Assembly (NCBI GenBank): GCA_945877815.1
Contig: CAMDWJ010000005.1
Span: 15,549-79,548, forward strand
Direction of reading: 5' to 3'
DNA: 64,000 nucleotides
Source of the DNA: Caenispirillum bisanense
GTDB lineage: Bacteria; Pseudomonadota; Alphaproteobacteria; Rhodospirillales; UBA2165
How positions within the stretch are numbered: the first letter of the stretch is position 1; every line of letters starts with the position of its first letter. The notes under the pieces are model-generated. The model had not been told where the DNA came from. It did not search any database and saw only the letters and a program-made list of their open reading frames with translations. Below are positions 46,614 through 56,102 of this stretch, piece after piece. The translations under genes and the position numbers were made by a program.

Positions 46614-46636
46614 GGCCGGACAATAGGAGTGCACGA

Positions 46637-48010
46637 ATGAACATCCTGACCGACGACGCCACCGGCGCGATAGCGCTGCATGCGGTGAGCAAAGACAAAT
46701 TGGCCGATTTCAAAAGCACCTTGCCCGCACCGGCCAAAGCCTGGATCGAGGCGACCGGGTTCGAGGCCGGATCGGGCAAGACCTGCCTGATCCCGGGCGC
46801 CGACGGCAAGCTGGCAAGCGTCGTCCTCGGAACCTCGGCCACCGATGGCATGTGGAGCTTCGGCAACGGCGCGCGTGATCTGCCGAAGGGCACCTATAAA
46901 TTGGCCACACCGCTGGGCGGCGAAGAAGCAAGCCGCTCCGCACTGGCCTGGGGATTGGGCGCCTATTCCTTCGGGCGCTACAGGGAAACCGACGCGCCGA
47001 AGGCCAGCCTCGTATGGCCCGACGCCAGCGACAAGGCCGAGGTGCAGGCGATGCTGGACGGCATCAATCTGGCGCGCGATCTCATCAATACGCCGACCGA
47101 GGATATGGGACCCTCGGCCCTGGCCGAGGCCGCGCGCGAATTGGCGCGGCGTCACAATGCCGGCTTCACCGTCACCGTCGGCGACGATCTGCTGAAAAAC
47201 AATTATCCCGCGATCCACGCGATCGGCCGGGCCAGCGACGAAGCGCCGCGCCTGATCGATATCGTGTGGGGCGAGGCGAATGCGCCCAAGGTGACGCTGT
47301 GCGGCAAAGGCGTGTGCTTCGATACCGGCGGGCTCGACATCAAGCCGGCGTCCGGCATGAAGAACATGAAGAAGGACATGGCCGGCGGTGCCAATGTCCT
47401 GGCGCTGGCGCACGCGATCATGTCGAGCGGGCTCAAGGTGCGGCTGCGCGTGCTGATTCCGGCCGTGGAAAATTCGATCGCCGGCAATGCGGTGCGGCCG
47501 CTCGACGTGATCCGCGCGCGCTCGGGCAAGACCATCGAGATCGGCAATACCGATGCCGAGGGCCGCGTCATCCTCGCCGATGCGCTAGCCGAGGCGTCGA
47601 GCGAAAAGCCCGATCTGCTGATCGATTTCGCGACCCTGACGGGTGCGGCGCGCGTCGCGCTGGGTGTCGATCTTCCGGCGCTGTTCTGCAACGACGACCG
47701 CCTCGCCGCAGATCTGTTGGCCGCCGGCACACGCGCGCAGGATCCGATGTGGCGTCTGCCGCTGTGGCCAGGCTACCGCAAGATGATCGACAGCAAGACC
47801 GCCGACATCACCAACGCGCCGGAGGGCGGCTTCGCCGGCGCCATCACGGCCGCGCTGTTTTTGCAGGAATTCGTCGGCGCGGGGATTCCCTGGGCCCATA
47901 TCGATATGATGGCGTGGAACCAATCCAACCGGCCAGGCCGTCCAGAAGGCGGCGAGGCCATGTCGGTGCGGACCTGCTTCGAGGTGATCAAGAAACGCTA
48001 CGGCGGCTGA
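46637..48010 (+). CDS. M17 leucyl aminopeptidase family protein
   Basis: Catalytic signature NTDAEGRVILADAL, plus GKGVCFDTGGLDIKP and MKKDMAGGA. Start trimmed to MNILTDD. Confidence 0.88.
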   Translation: MNILTDDATGAIALHAVSKDKLADFKSTLPAPAKAWIEATGFEAGSGKTCLIPGADGKLASVVLGTSATDGMWSFGNGARDLPKGTYKLATPLGGEEASRSALAWGLGAYSFGRYRETDAPKASLVWPDASDKAEVQAMLDGINLARDLINTPTEDMGPSALAEAARELARRHNAGFTVTVGDDLLKNNYPAIHAIGRASDEAPRLIDIVWGEANAPKVTLCGKGVCFDTGGLDIKPASGMKNMKKDMAGGANVLALAHAIMSSGLKVRLRVLIPAVENSIAGNAVRPLDVIRARSGKTIEIGNTDAEGRVILADALAEASSEKPDLLIDFATLTGAARVALGVDLPALFCNDDRLAADLLAAGTRAQDPMWRLPLWPGYRKMIDSKTADITNAPEGGFAGAITAALFLQEFVGAGIPWAHIDMMAWNQSNRPGRPEGGEAMSVRTCFEVIKKRYGG

Positions 48011-48024
48011 CGGGGGTGCCAAAG

Positions 48025-48198
48025 GCCGATTTCTCGACATCGTCCCCGCAGACCCTCGGAAAAGCTGGGGTCCCGCCCCGCCGATCTCTACATTCTTCTC
48101 GACCCGATCTCGACATTCTCTCTACATTTTCTCTATATTTTCTTGGCCGATTCTCGACATTCTCTAGACCTGCATCTCGACCGTTTCTCGACATTTCC
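48025..48198 (+). repeat. array of same-orientation TCTCGACAT repeats with about 11-bp phasing
   Basis: Exact copies at 48032, 48108, 48152 and 48186. Variants TCTCTACAT (48085, 48119), TCTCTATAT (48130), TCTCTAGAC (48161) and TCTCGACC (48175). Pyrimidine-rich, AT-rich island in a non-coding gap. Confidence 0.8.
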
Positions 48199-48433
48199 CG
48201 GCGATCCGAATGGCACAATTCCTCGGTCCGACAGCGCTGAGTGCAGCCGGCGATCAACAGAACATATCAGAAACATTGTGCCAAAAAATGACTCCTCGCG
48301 TCAAGGAAAATAATTCCAATAACGCACTGAATTGAGACTCCGCACGCCATCTCGCAATGGGTCTGGCAAAGCCATTGGTTTTTGCCCGAATCGCGACTAG
48401 AATGGTACGCTAACGTAACGATCAAGGCGTGCC

Positions 48434-48814
48434 ATGTCGTCCAATTCCGCTCTCCGGCCGGCCCAGGTGTTGGAACTGTGGCGCCGCACCATCGTCGAAG
48501 GTGTCAGGCGCGACCAACCGGATCTCTCAACCCGCCAGATGGCGATCCTGCTGATCGTCTATACGCAGCCGGCGCCCCATACCGTGCGCGGCCTGGCGGC
48601 CAATCTCGCCATCTCCAAGCCCGCGGTGACGCGCGCACTCGACCGGTTGGGGCAGCTCGATTTCGTGCGCCGCAAAACCGACGAGGACGACCGCCGCAGC
48701 GTTCTCGTGCAACGCACCGTGAAAGGGTCGGTCTTCCTGTCCGATTACGCCGGTCTGATCTCCGCCGCCCTTGAGACGATTTCTGTGCCGCAGATAATTG
48801 TTCCTTTGGCATGA
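48434..48814 (+). CDS. MarR-like winged-helix transcriptional regulator
   Basis: LSTRQMAILLIVYTQPAPHTVRGLAANLAISKPAVTRALDRLGQLDFVRRKTDEDDRRS is a wHTH with the DxR wing. It overlaps the sulP start. Confidence 0.8.
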   Translation: MSSNSALRPAQVLELWRRTIVEGVRRDQPDLSTRQMAILLIVYTQPAPHTVRGLAANLAISKPAVTRALDRLGQLDFVRRKTDEDDRRSVLVQRTVKGSVFLSDYAGLISAALETISVPQIIVPLA

Positions 48815-50550
48815 GCCTTCCGCCGAAACTCAGCTTCGCCGAACTTTTCACACCGAAACTCATTACCGTCTGGCGAGAAGGCTACGGCTTGCGCGAATTG
48901 CGCGCCGATGCGCTGGCTGGATTGACGGTTGCGATTGTCGCGCTGCCCTTGTCGCTCGCCATCGCCATCGCATCGGGTGCCTCGCCGGAACGCGGTCTCT
49001 ATACCGCGATCGTCGGCGGATTCCTGGTTTCGGCGTTTGGCGGCAGCCGGTTCCAGATCGGCGGTCCGGCCGGCGCCTTCATCGTGCTCGTCGCCGCTAT
49101 CATCCAACGGCACGGCATCGACGGGATGCTGCTCGCCACCATTCTCGCCGGGTGCATCTTGATGCTGGGCGGCATTCTGCGTCTCGGCACTTACATCAAA
49201 TTCATACCCTATCCGGTCACGGTCGGATTCACCGCCGGCATCGGGGTCATCATTTTGGCGAGCCAGTTGCGCGACTTCTTCGGCCTCACACTCGCCGAAG
49301 CCGAACCCGGACCGTTCCTGGCGAAGATCGTGACGCTGGCATCGGCTGCCGCGACGATCAATCCGGTTGCCCTCGCGATCGCCGGCTGCACCATTGCCAC
49401 GATCCTCGTGCTACGTCGCATCGCACCCCATTGGCCGGGCATGCTGATCGCGGTGGCCGGCGCCGCCACCCTGACTTTCGCATTCAATCTGCCGGTGGAA
49501 ACCATCGGCACGCGCTTCGGCGGCCTGCCATCGGGCCTTATCTTGCCGGCGCTGCCCGAGATCACCTTGCAGCGCATCGTCACGATCCTGCCCGATGCCT
49601 TTTCGCTGGCGCTACTCGGCGCCATCGAATCGCTCCTATCGGCCGTGGTCGCGGATGGCATGTCCGGACGGCGCCACCGTTCGAACGGCGAGTTGGTAGC
49701 CCAAGGCATCGCCAATATCGGCTCGGGCCTGTTCGGCGGCATCTGCGTCACCGGCACGATCGCGCGCACCGCGACCAACGTGCGCGCCGGCGCGATCGGC
49801 CCGATCTCGGGCATGCTGCACGCGGTCTTCTTGTTGGGCTTTCTCGTTTTGGCGGCGCCGGTGGCGAGCTACATCCCGCTCGCGGCACTCGCCGCCGTGC
49901 TCGTCCATGTCGCCTGGAATATGGCGGAAAAAGAGGAAATCGCGATTCTGTTGCGGGTTTCGCGCGGCGACGCGGTCGTTCTTCTGTCGAGCTTCCTACT
50001 CACGGTTTTCTACGATCTTACGGCCGGCATCCTCGTCGGCTTCGGCATTGGCACCTTGTTGTTTCTCAGCCGCATGGCTCAGTCGATCGAGGTGCAGACG
50101 CTGGCACCGATGGTACCCGCCGACGCGTCGGACGAGACCGAAGAAAGCACGCGCTATGACGCCGCACTCGCCAGCAATCCCGATGTCGTCGTCTACCGGA
50201 TCTCGGGCGCCTTCTTCTTCGGCGCCGCCGCGACCGTCGGCGCGGTGCTCGACCGTATCGCAGATACCCACAAGGCGCTCGTCTTCGATCTGTCAGGCGT
50301 GCCGTTTCTCGATTCGACCGGCGCCAGCACGATCGACGGCTTCGCCCGCAAGGCTGAACGCGCCGGGATCAAAATGTTATTGGTCGGCGTGACACCGACG
50401 ATCCGGCGCATGCTGAAGCTGCATCACGTCCGCCCGCCGCGCGTAATCTTTCGCGCGACCATCGCCGATGCGCTCGCCACCCTCAACGGGGCGAGCGGTG
50501 GCGCGATCAGCGCGCGAGACCTCGACGGGTCGGAAGACGAAACCGGCTGA
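48811..50550 (+). CDS. SulP-family anion (sulfate) permease with C-terminal STAS domain
   Basis: GLTVAIVALPLSLAIAIASG and the Sulfate_transp core. STAS region VVVYRISGAFFFGAA...LVFDLSGVPFLDSTG. Confidence 0.9.
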   Translation: MSLPPKLSFAELFTPKLITVWREGYGLRELRADALAGLTVAIVALPLSLAIAIASGASPERGLYTAIVGGFLVSAFGGSRFQIGGPAGAFIVLVAAIIQRHGIDGMLLATILAGCILMLGGILRLGTYIKFIPYPVTVGFTAGIGVIILASQLRDFFGLTLAEAEPGPFLAKIVTLASAAATINPVALAIAGCTIATILVLRRIAPHWPGMLIAVAGAATLTFAFNLPVETIGTRFGGLPSGLILPALPEITLQRIVTILPDAFSLALLGAIESLLSAVVADGMSGRRHRSNGELVAQGIANIGSGLFGGICVTGTIARTATNVRAGAIGPISGMLHAVFLLGFLVLAAPVASYIPLAALAAVLVHVAWNMAEKEEIAILLRVSRGDAVVLLSSFLLTVFYDLTAGILVGFGIGTLLFLSRMAQSIEVQTLAPMVPADASDETEESTRYDAALASNPDVVVYRISGAFFFGAAATVGAVLDRIADTHKALVFDLSGVPFLDSTGASTIDGFARKAERAGIKMLLVGVTPTIRRMLKLHHVRPPRVIFRATIADALATLNGASGGAISARDLDGSEDETG

Positions 50551-51451
50551 GATAGCTGGGCAGGATCGCGCCCATCGGCGTCGCCTGCACCCCGAGATCG
50601 GCCAAGGTCTTGGCGCCCGGCGAGACGACATTGGGCGTATGCATCATCAAGACCTGATCGGCGGTCAGCAGCTTGCCCGGCAGGTGTTGCAAGATCAGCC
50701 CTTCGATCGCGAGGATCCAGAACGGTACCGTCGCCAACAGGCGGCGGCGGCCGGTATATTTCAGGACCAGCTCCATCAGCGTCCGTCCGCTCACCACCTC
50801 GGGTCCGCCCAGCTCGAAAGTGGCACCGGTCGCGTCGTCGCGGGTCAGTGCCGCGACGATGGCATCCGCCACATCGCCGACATAGACCGGCTGAAACTGT
50901 GTCGGCAAGACCGGCAGAACCGGAAAGAAGCGGGTCATGCTGGCGAACATGTTGAAGAATTTGTCTTCCGGACCAAAGATGACCGAGGGCCGAAGGATCG
51001 TCGCGGCCGGAAACGCAGCGCGCAGCGCCGCCTCGCCCTTGGCCTTGGTCTGCCCGTAGACGGCGGGCGAATCCGCTGCGGCACCCAGCGCCGACAAATG
51101 GACCAAACGCGAGACCCCAGCGGCGGCGGCGGCCTTGGCGACGGTTTCGGCGCCCAGCACATGCATCCGCTCGAAACTGGCTTTGTCGCCCGGCGCCAAA
51201 ATCCCCACCAGATTGACGACCCAGTCGGCGCCGACGATTGCCCTTGCGACCGAAGATTCGTTGGCAACATCAGCCGAGATCGGCACGATATGGGCGACCC
51301 GGCCCATGACCTTGAGATACAAGGCCTCCTCCGGATTGCGCACCGCGACGCGGACAATATGGCCCTGGGCGGCAAGCCGCTGGACCAGATGGCGGCCGAT
51401 GAAGCCCGAACCGCCGAAGACCGTGACCAATTTGCCCGTCATGCCTGTCAT
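50507..51451 (-). CDS. NAD(P)-binding epimerase/dehydratase, complex I NDUFA9-like family
   Basis: VTVFGGSGFIGRHLVQRL Rossmann motif. Length of about 310 aa and a pattern typical of alphaproteobacterial NDUFA9 homologues. Its 3' end overlaps sulP convergently. Confidence 0.8.
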   Translation of the reverse strand: MTGMTGKLVTVFGGSGFIGRHLVQRLAAQGHIVRVAVRNPEEALYLKVMGRVAHIVPISADVANESSVARAIVGADWVVNLVGILAPGDKASFERMHVLGAETVAKAAAAAGVSRLVHLSALGAAADSPAVYGQTKAKGEAALRAAFPAATILRPSVIFGPEDKFFNMFASMTRFFPVLPVLPTQFQPVYVGDVADAIVAALTRDDATGATFELGGPEVVSGRTLMELVLKYTGRRRLLATVPFWILAIEGLILQHLPGKLLTADQVLMMHTPNVVSPGAKTLADLGVQATPMGAILPSYLSRFRLPTRRGLAR

Positions 51452-51606
51452 CTGTACCCACCCTGACGGCGCCTTTGTGCGCCGACCGGCCCGTGACGGT
51501 CAAGGGGTCGGGGCTCGGAGCCGACCGATCTTGACAACCGGCAGGCTTGACCCAACTTCCCGGCACGAGTACCACCCTCCCCGAGCTTCGGCTCGATATT
51601 GGAAAA

Positions 51607-51693
<87 letters not shown>

Positions 51694-51706
51694 ATCTAAC
51701 GTACAC

Positions 51707-51727
51707 ATGGAGGTCTGACGCCTCCAT
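51707..51727 (+). terminator. hairpin downstream of tRNA-Leu (possible terminator or processing element)
   Basis: ATGGAGG-TCTGACG-CCTCCAT, a 7-bp perfect stem. No U-tract follows, so intrinsic-terminator status is weak. Confidence 0.3.
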
Positions 51728-51924
51728 TCGCGCAACTGTGCGCTGCGAGCCTCACCCAAAATCCCTGTAGTTTCCGCACTTTTTTTCGGACAACTGTTCA
51801 AAATTGAACAGCGGCAATTGCGCCGGACCGTCATGCTGTCGCTACGCGAAGCTTACACATTCAAGCTTACCGAGAAGCCGCACCGGCTCCGCAGCCAAGT
51901 CATCACGATCGGAATAAATTCATC

Positions 51925-52284
51925 ATGATACTCATCGTCGAAGACGATGCGTTTATCCGCGAAATGGTTGAGGGGATGATCCAGGACCTGGGTCATCACA
52001 CGTTGTCGGCGAGCGACGTCGACGAGGGACTTTCGCTCCTGCGATCGGCTCAACACATCAAAGCGCTGTTCACCGACATCAATCTCAAGGCACAAGAGTT
52101 CGGCGGCTGCGATCTCGCGCGCCAGGCCATCAAACTTCGGCCGGGACTGAGGGTGCTCTATACGACCGGCAATCTCGTCACCGACAAAATAAGAAGTTTG
52201 TTTGTCGCGGGCGCACATCTTCTGCTCAAGCCCTACACGCAAAACCAACTTCAAGTTTCCATCGAGGCCACGCTCGCCCCGTAA
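51925..52284 (+). CDS. single-domain response regulator (receiver only)
   Basis: ILIVEDD, FTDINL, LYTTG and LLLKP receiver signature residues. 119 aa. Confidence 0.85.
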   Translation: MILIVEDDAFIREMVEGMIQDLGHHTLSASDVDEGLSLLRSAQHIKALFTDINLKAQEFGGCDLARQAIKLRPGLRVLYTTGNLVTDKIRSLFVAGAHLLLKPYTQNQLQVSIEATLAP

Positions 52285-52328
52285 TTCCGAGGTCGAGAAA
52301 ATCCGATGCCCCCCAGAGGATAGAGCCC

Positions 52329-54041
52329 GTGTCCGATAGTGCCGCGCGTGAGATGATCGCCGAAGAAGTACTGCTCAAGGCAGGCGCCCTGCAACGCGCC
52401 ATTCTCAACAGTGCCAATTTCTCCAGCATCGCCACCGATGCCAAGGGCGTCATCCAAATCTTCAATGTCGGCGCCGAGCGGATGCTGGGCTACGCCGCGG
52501 CCGAGGTGATGAACAAGATCACGCCCGCCGATATTTCCGACCCGCAGGAAGTGATCGTGCGCGCCGAAGCACTCAGCGTCGAGCTTGGAACGCCCATCAC
52601 GCCGGGCTTCGAGGCCTTGGTCTTCAAGGCCTCACGCGGAATCGAGGACATCTACGAGCTGACCTACATCCGCAAGGACGGCAGCCGGTTCCCAGCCGTC
52701 GGATCCGTCACGGCGCTGCGCGACGCCCAAAACGCCATCATCGGGTATCTGCTGATCGGCACCGACAATACCGCGCGCAAGGAAGCCGAAGAGGCGTTGC
52801 TAAAAGCCGGCGCCCTGCAACGTGCGATTTTCAACAGTGCCAATTTCTCCAGCATCGCCACCGATGCCAAGGGCGTCATCCAAATCTTCAATGTCGGCGC
52901 CGAGCGGATGCTGGGCTACGCCGCGACCGAGGTGATGAACAAGATCACGCCCGCCGATATTTCCGACCCGCAGGAAGTGATCGTGCGCGCCGAAGCACTC
53001 AGCGTCGAGCTTGGAACGCCCATCACACCGGGCTTCGAGGCCTTGGTCTTCAAGGCCTCACGCGGAATCGAGGACATCTACGAGCTGACCTACATCCGCA
53101 AGGACGGCAGCCGGTTCCCAGCCGTCGTATCCGTCACGGCGCTGCGCGACGCCCAAAACGCCATCATCGGGTATCTGCTGATCGGCACCGACAACACCGC
53201 GCGCAAACAGGTCGAAGCCGAACAAAGGAAACTCGATCAGCGCCTACGTGAGCAGACGGCCCTTCTGAGCGAGGCGAACGAGGAGATCCAGCGGTTCGTC
53301 TTTATCGTCAGCCACGATCTGCGCTCGCCCCTCGTCAATATCATGGGGTTCGCCAGCGAGATCGATACTTCGCGCAAGCAAATATTCGCGCGACTGACGG
53401 AGCTTCGCACCCAGGTCGGGGGCGAACAGAATGTCGAAAACGACAACGTGCTGCATCGAGATGTCGAGGAAGCGCTCGCCTACATCAAATCGTCGGTTGC
53501 GAAAATGGATCGCCTCATCGCAGCGCTACTCAAACTATCGCGCGAGGGGCAACGTCAGTTTCTGCCGCAATCCATCGACATGTCGCAGCTGCTGCAATCG
53601 ACCACGGAGGCCTTGGCGCATCAGGCGCGCGATGCCAACGTCAAGATCAGCATCGAAGACCTTCCGGCGATCACCAGCGACCGCCTCGCCCTCGAACAGG
53701 TTTTCTCCAATCTGATGGACAACGCAGTCAAATATTTGCGGTCCGATGTGCCCGGCAGCATCGATGTGCGCGCCACCGAATCCGATGATTCGATCACCTA
53801 TGAGATTCACGACAACGGGCGAGGTATCGAAGCGCGGGACCGCGATCGTATCTTCGATCTGTTTCGCCGTTCTGGCATTCAGGACCGGCCCGGCGACGGC
53901 ATTGGGCTCGCCCATGTCCGCACGCTTGTGCGCCGCCTCGGTGGTTCGATCAATGTCGAGAGCGAACCCAACCGCGGAACCATATTCAAAGTGACGTTGC
54001 CCAGAAGATGGCATCAGCAGACAAGCGAGGTAGTGGCGTGA
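52329..54041 (+). CDS. PAS-PAS sensor histidine kinase (HisKA + HATPase_c)
   Basis: Two nearly identical PAS domains. H-box FIVSHDLRSPL, N-box NLMDNAVKY, G-boxes DNGRGI and GDGIGL. GTG start. Confidence 0.88.
   Translation: MSDSAAREMIAEEVLLKAGALQRAILNSANFSSIATDAKGVIQIFNVGAERMLGYAAAEVMNKITPADISDPQEVIVRAEALSVELGTPITPGFEALVFKASRGIEDIYELTYIRKDGSRFPAVGSVTALRDAQNAIIGYLLIGTDNTARKEAEEALLKAGALQRAIFNSANFSSIATDAKGVIQIFNVGAERMLGYAATEVMNKITPADISDPQEVIVRAEALSVELGTPITPGFEALVFKASRGIEDIYELTYIRKDGSRFPAVVSVTALRDAQNAIIGYLLIGTDNTARKQVEAEQRKLDQRLREQTALLSEANEEIQRFVFIVSHDLRSPLVNIMGFASEIDTSRKQIFARLTELRTQVGGEQNVENDNVLHRDVEEALAYIKSSVAKMDRLIAALLKLSREGQRQFLPQSIDMSQLLQSTTEALAHQARDANVKISIEDLPAITSDRLALEQVFSNLMDNAVKYLRSDVPGSIDVRATESDDSITYEIHDNGRGIEARDRDRIFDLFRRSGIQDRPGDGIGLAHVRTLVRRLGGSINVESEPNRGTIFKVTLPRRWHQQTSEVVA
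52383..53206 (+). repeat. intragenic tandem duplication of a PAS-domain module (period 426 bp)
   Basis: 52383-52780 and 52809-53206 align with about 7 mismatches by manual comparison. The duplication is mirrored in track ORFs that share MKIWMTPLASVAMLEKLALL. Confidence 0.9.
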
Positions 54042-54475
54042 CAGAACCGGTTGTTATCGCGATGATCGAAGACGATGAAGGCCACGCGCACCTCATCGAG
54101 AAGAATCTCCGCCGCGCGGGTGTCAATAACGAGATCGTGCCGCTTCGCGACGGCGCCAGCGCGATCGCGTTCCTGTTCGGCCCCAACGGCACCGGCCTCG
54201 TCAAACAAAGCCGCCACCTGTTGATCCTGCTGGATCTCAACCTGCCGGACATGTCCGGCATCGATATCCTGAGACGCCTCAAGGAGAACGAGCACCTTAA
54301 GATTTCTCCGGTCATAGTGCTGACCACAACCGACGACCGGGTCGAAATCCAGCGCTGCTACGACCTCGGTTGCAACGTCTACATCACCAAGCCGGTCGAC
54401 TACGAGAAATTCGCCCATGCGATCCAACAACTCGGCTTGTTCGTCTCGGTCATACAGGTTCCGAAAACGATCTAA
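54038..54475 (+). CDS. single-domain response regulator (Rcp-like)
   Basis: IAMIEDDEGH, LILLDLNLPDMSG, VIVLTTT and YITKP. A GTG start overlapping the HK stop (GTGA) is preferred over the track start at 54008. Confidence 0.82.
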   Translation: MTEPVVIAMIEDDEGHAHLIEKNLRRAGVNNEIVPLRDGASAIAFLFGPNGTGLVKQSRHLLILLDLNLPDMSGIDILRRLKENEHLKISPVIVLTTTDDRVEIQRCYDLGCNVYITKPVDYEKFAHAIQQLGLFVSVIQVPKTI

Positions 54476-55911
54476 TGACCAAACCCCGCGCGCGCGTCCT
54501 TTACATCGATGACGATTCCGGCTTGTGCCGGCTTGTCCAGAAGGATTTGCAACGCCACGGGTATGTCGTCGAAATCGCGACCGACGGCGTAAGCGGCTTC
54601 CATCGGATCGCCAAAGGCGGCATCGACGTCGTCGCCCTCGATCACTACATGCCGAACCAGGACGGGCTGGAGACGCTGGCGAACATTCGCGCCTTGGCGG
54701 AGCCGCCGCCGGTAATCTATGTGACCGCGTTGCAGGAGGGTCGCATGGCGGTGGCCGCTCTCAGGGCCGGCGCGGTCGATTATGTCGCCAAGGACGTGCA
54801 TGGCGAATTCCTGGTTCTTCTGCAACGAGCCATCGATGCGGCGTTCAGAGCGGTCACACTACGCCACGCCATGGAGGCCGCCGAAGCCGACAACAAACGC
54901 AACCGACGGCTGACGCAAAATATCGTCGACACGATCCGCGATCCCCTCGTCGTCCTCGAAGCCGACATGAGGATCATGACCACGAACAAGGCGTTTCTGA
55001 CCATATTCGGCATCACGGCGATCGAGGCGCATGGACGACGCATTTCCGAATTGGGCGAGCGTCAATGTGATGTCCCGGAACTGCGCGCCTTGATGGCAAG
55101 GGTGCTGCCGGACAACAAACCGATCGAACGCTTCGAAATCGAGGACACATTCCCAGGTCTCGGCCGTCGCGTCTTCAACCTGAATGCGCGCAAGATCACC
55201 CAACCCGGGAATCATTCGCACTGCATGCTTCTCGTTTTCGAGGACATCACCGATTCTAAACAGCGCGAACGCGACGCCGTGATGCTGACCAACGAAATCT
55301 CGCATCGGATCAAGAACAGCCTACAGATCATTATCGGCCTGATCGCGTATGAGGCACGATCGACGGCGCAACCCTACGTTCAAGGCTATCGCGCCATGCA
55401 GACGCGCATCGGCGCTATCGCCCAACTTTACGACCTGATTTCGCAATCGAGCAGTGGGCAGACCGTCGCCATGGATGCCTATCTCAGGGAAATCGCCAAA
55501 ACCATCACGGAAAGCCTGCTCGCAAACACATCGGGCATCAAAATAAAGGTCAAGGCGGGAGCCTTGGAAATCGATCCCGATCGCGACGTCCCATTCGGCC
55601 TTTTGGTCAATGAGCTGGTCACGAACGCCATCAAGCATGCTTTTCCCGATGGAATGGGATCCATCGTGCTGAGCGCACAAAAGGTCGCCGATGAGGTCGA
55701 GTTGATCGTCGCCGACGATGGGATCGGCATGGCGGAGAATCTCCCCGTAGGGATCTCTGAGAAACGCGGGTCCAACTACATCGCCGTCTTCGTGCGGCAA
55801 TTGCGCGGCGTGATCGTACCCCCTGAGTCGAAAGAACCCGGAACAAAAGTCACGATACGCTTTCCCTTGGACATCGTCGCGCCGGAGATCGCCGAGCGCG
55901 TCGTCGCCTAG
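54475..55911 (+). CDS. hybrid REC-PAS-HisKA_2/HWE-type histidine kinase
   Basis: N-terminal receiver (VLYIDDD...VVALDHYMPNQDG...YVAKD), a PAS domain, H-box EISHRIKNSLQII, and an ATPase region (NELVTNAIKHAF, DDGIG). Its ATG overlaps the upstream stop (TAATG). Confidence 0.85.
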   Translation: MTKPRARVLYIDDDSGLCRLVQKDLQRHGYVVEIATDGVSGFHRIAKGGIDVVALDHYMPNQDGLETLANIRALAEPPPVIYVTALQEGRMAVAALRAGAVDYVAKDVHGEFLVLLQRAIDAAFRAVTLRHAMEAAEADNKRNRRLTQNIVDTIRDPLVVLEADMRIMTTNKAFLTIFGITAIEAHGRRISELGERQCDVPELRALMARVLPDNKPIERFEIEDTFPGLGRRVFNLNARKITQPGNHSHCMLLVFEDITDSKQRERDAVMLTNEISHRIKNSLQIIIGLIAYEARSTAQPYVQGYRAMQTRIGAIAQLYDLISQSSSGQTVAMDAYLREIAKTITESLLANTSGIKIKVKAGALEIDPDRDVPFGLLVNELVTNAIKHAFPDGMGSIVLSAQKVADEVELIVADDGIGMAENLPVGISEKRGSNYIAVFVRQLRGVIVPPESKEPGTKVTIRFPLDIVAPEIAERVVA

Positions 55912-56102
55912 CCTGTTTCGGAATCCATCCGAACCTAGATCGCACCGTTTCCGGGGGGGTGGCCTGCGCGTGACAGCCATGCTACACATTTGCCGTCGGG
56001 CACCGCGAAAAAGCCCGAAAAAGAGCCAATATTCAAGGTCCGGTGACCGGTCGACTTCTGCTGGGCATCGATCTTTCCTAAACGGTCGCAAGGGGCACGA
56101 TC

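Noticed and set aside
48025-48198. The short repeat array as a CRISPR array or a coding repeat (ORF 47988-48257 on the minus strand).
   Set aside because: The units are about 9-11 bp with no unique spacers and no cas genes, so it is not CRISPR. The overlapping ORF has no start context or family resemblance, and its periodic peptide motifs simply mirror the DNA repeat.
51794-51811. Palindrome CTGTTCAA-AA-TTGAACAG as a LexA/SOS box.
   Set aside because: It is CTGT-N10-ACAG, not the gammaproteobacterial CTGT-N8-ACAG. It is also not the alphaproteobacterial direct-repeat GTTC-N7-GTTC. It is kept only as a generic operator candidate within the two-component cluster finding.
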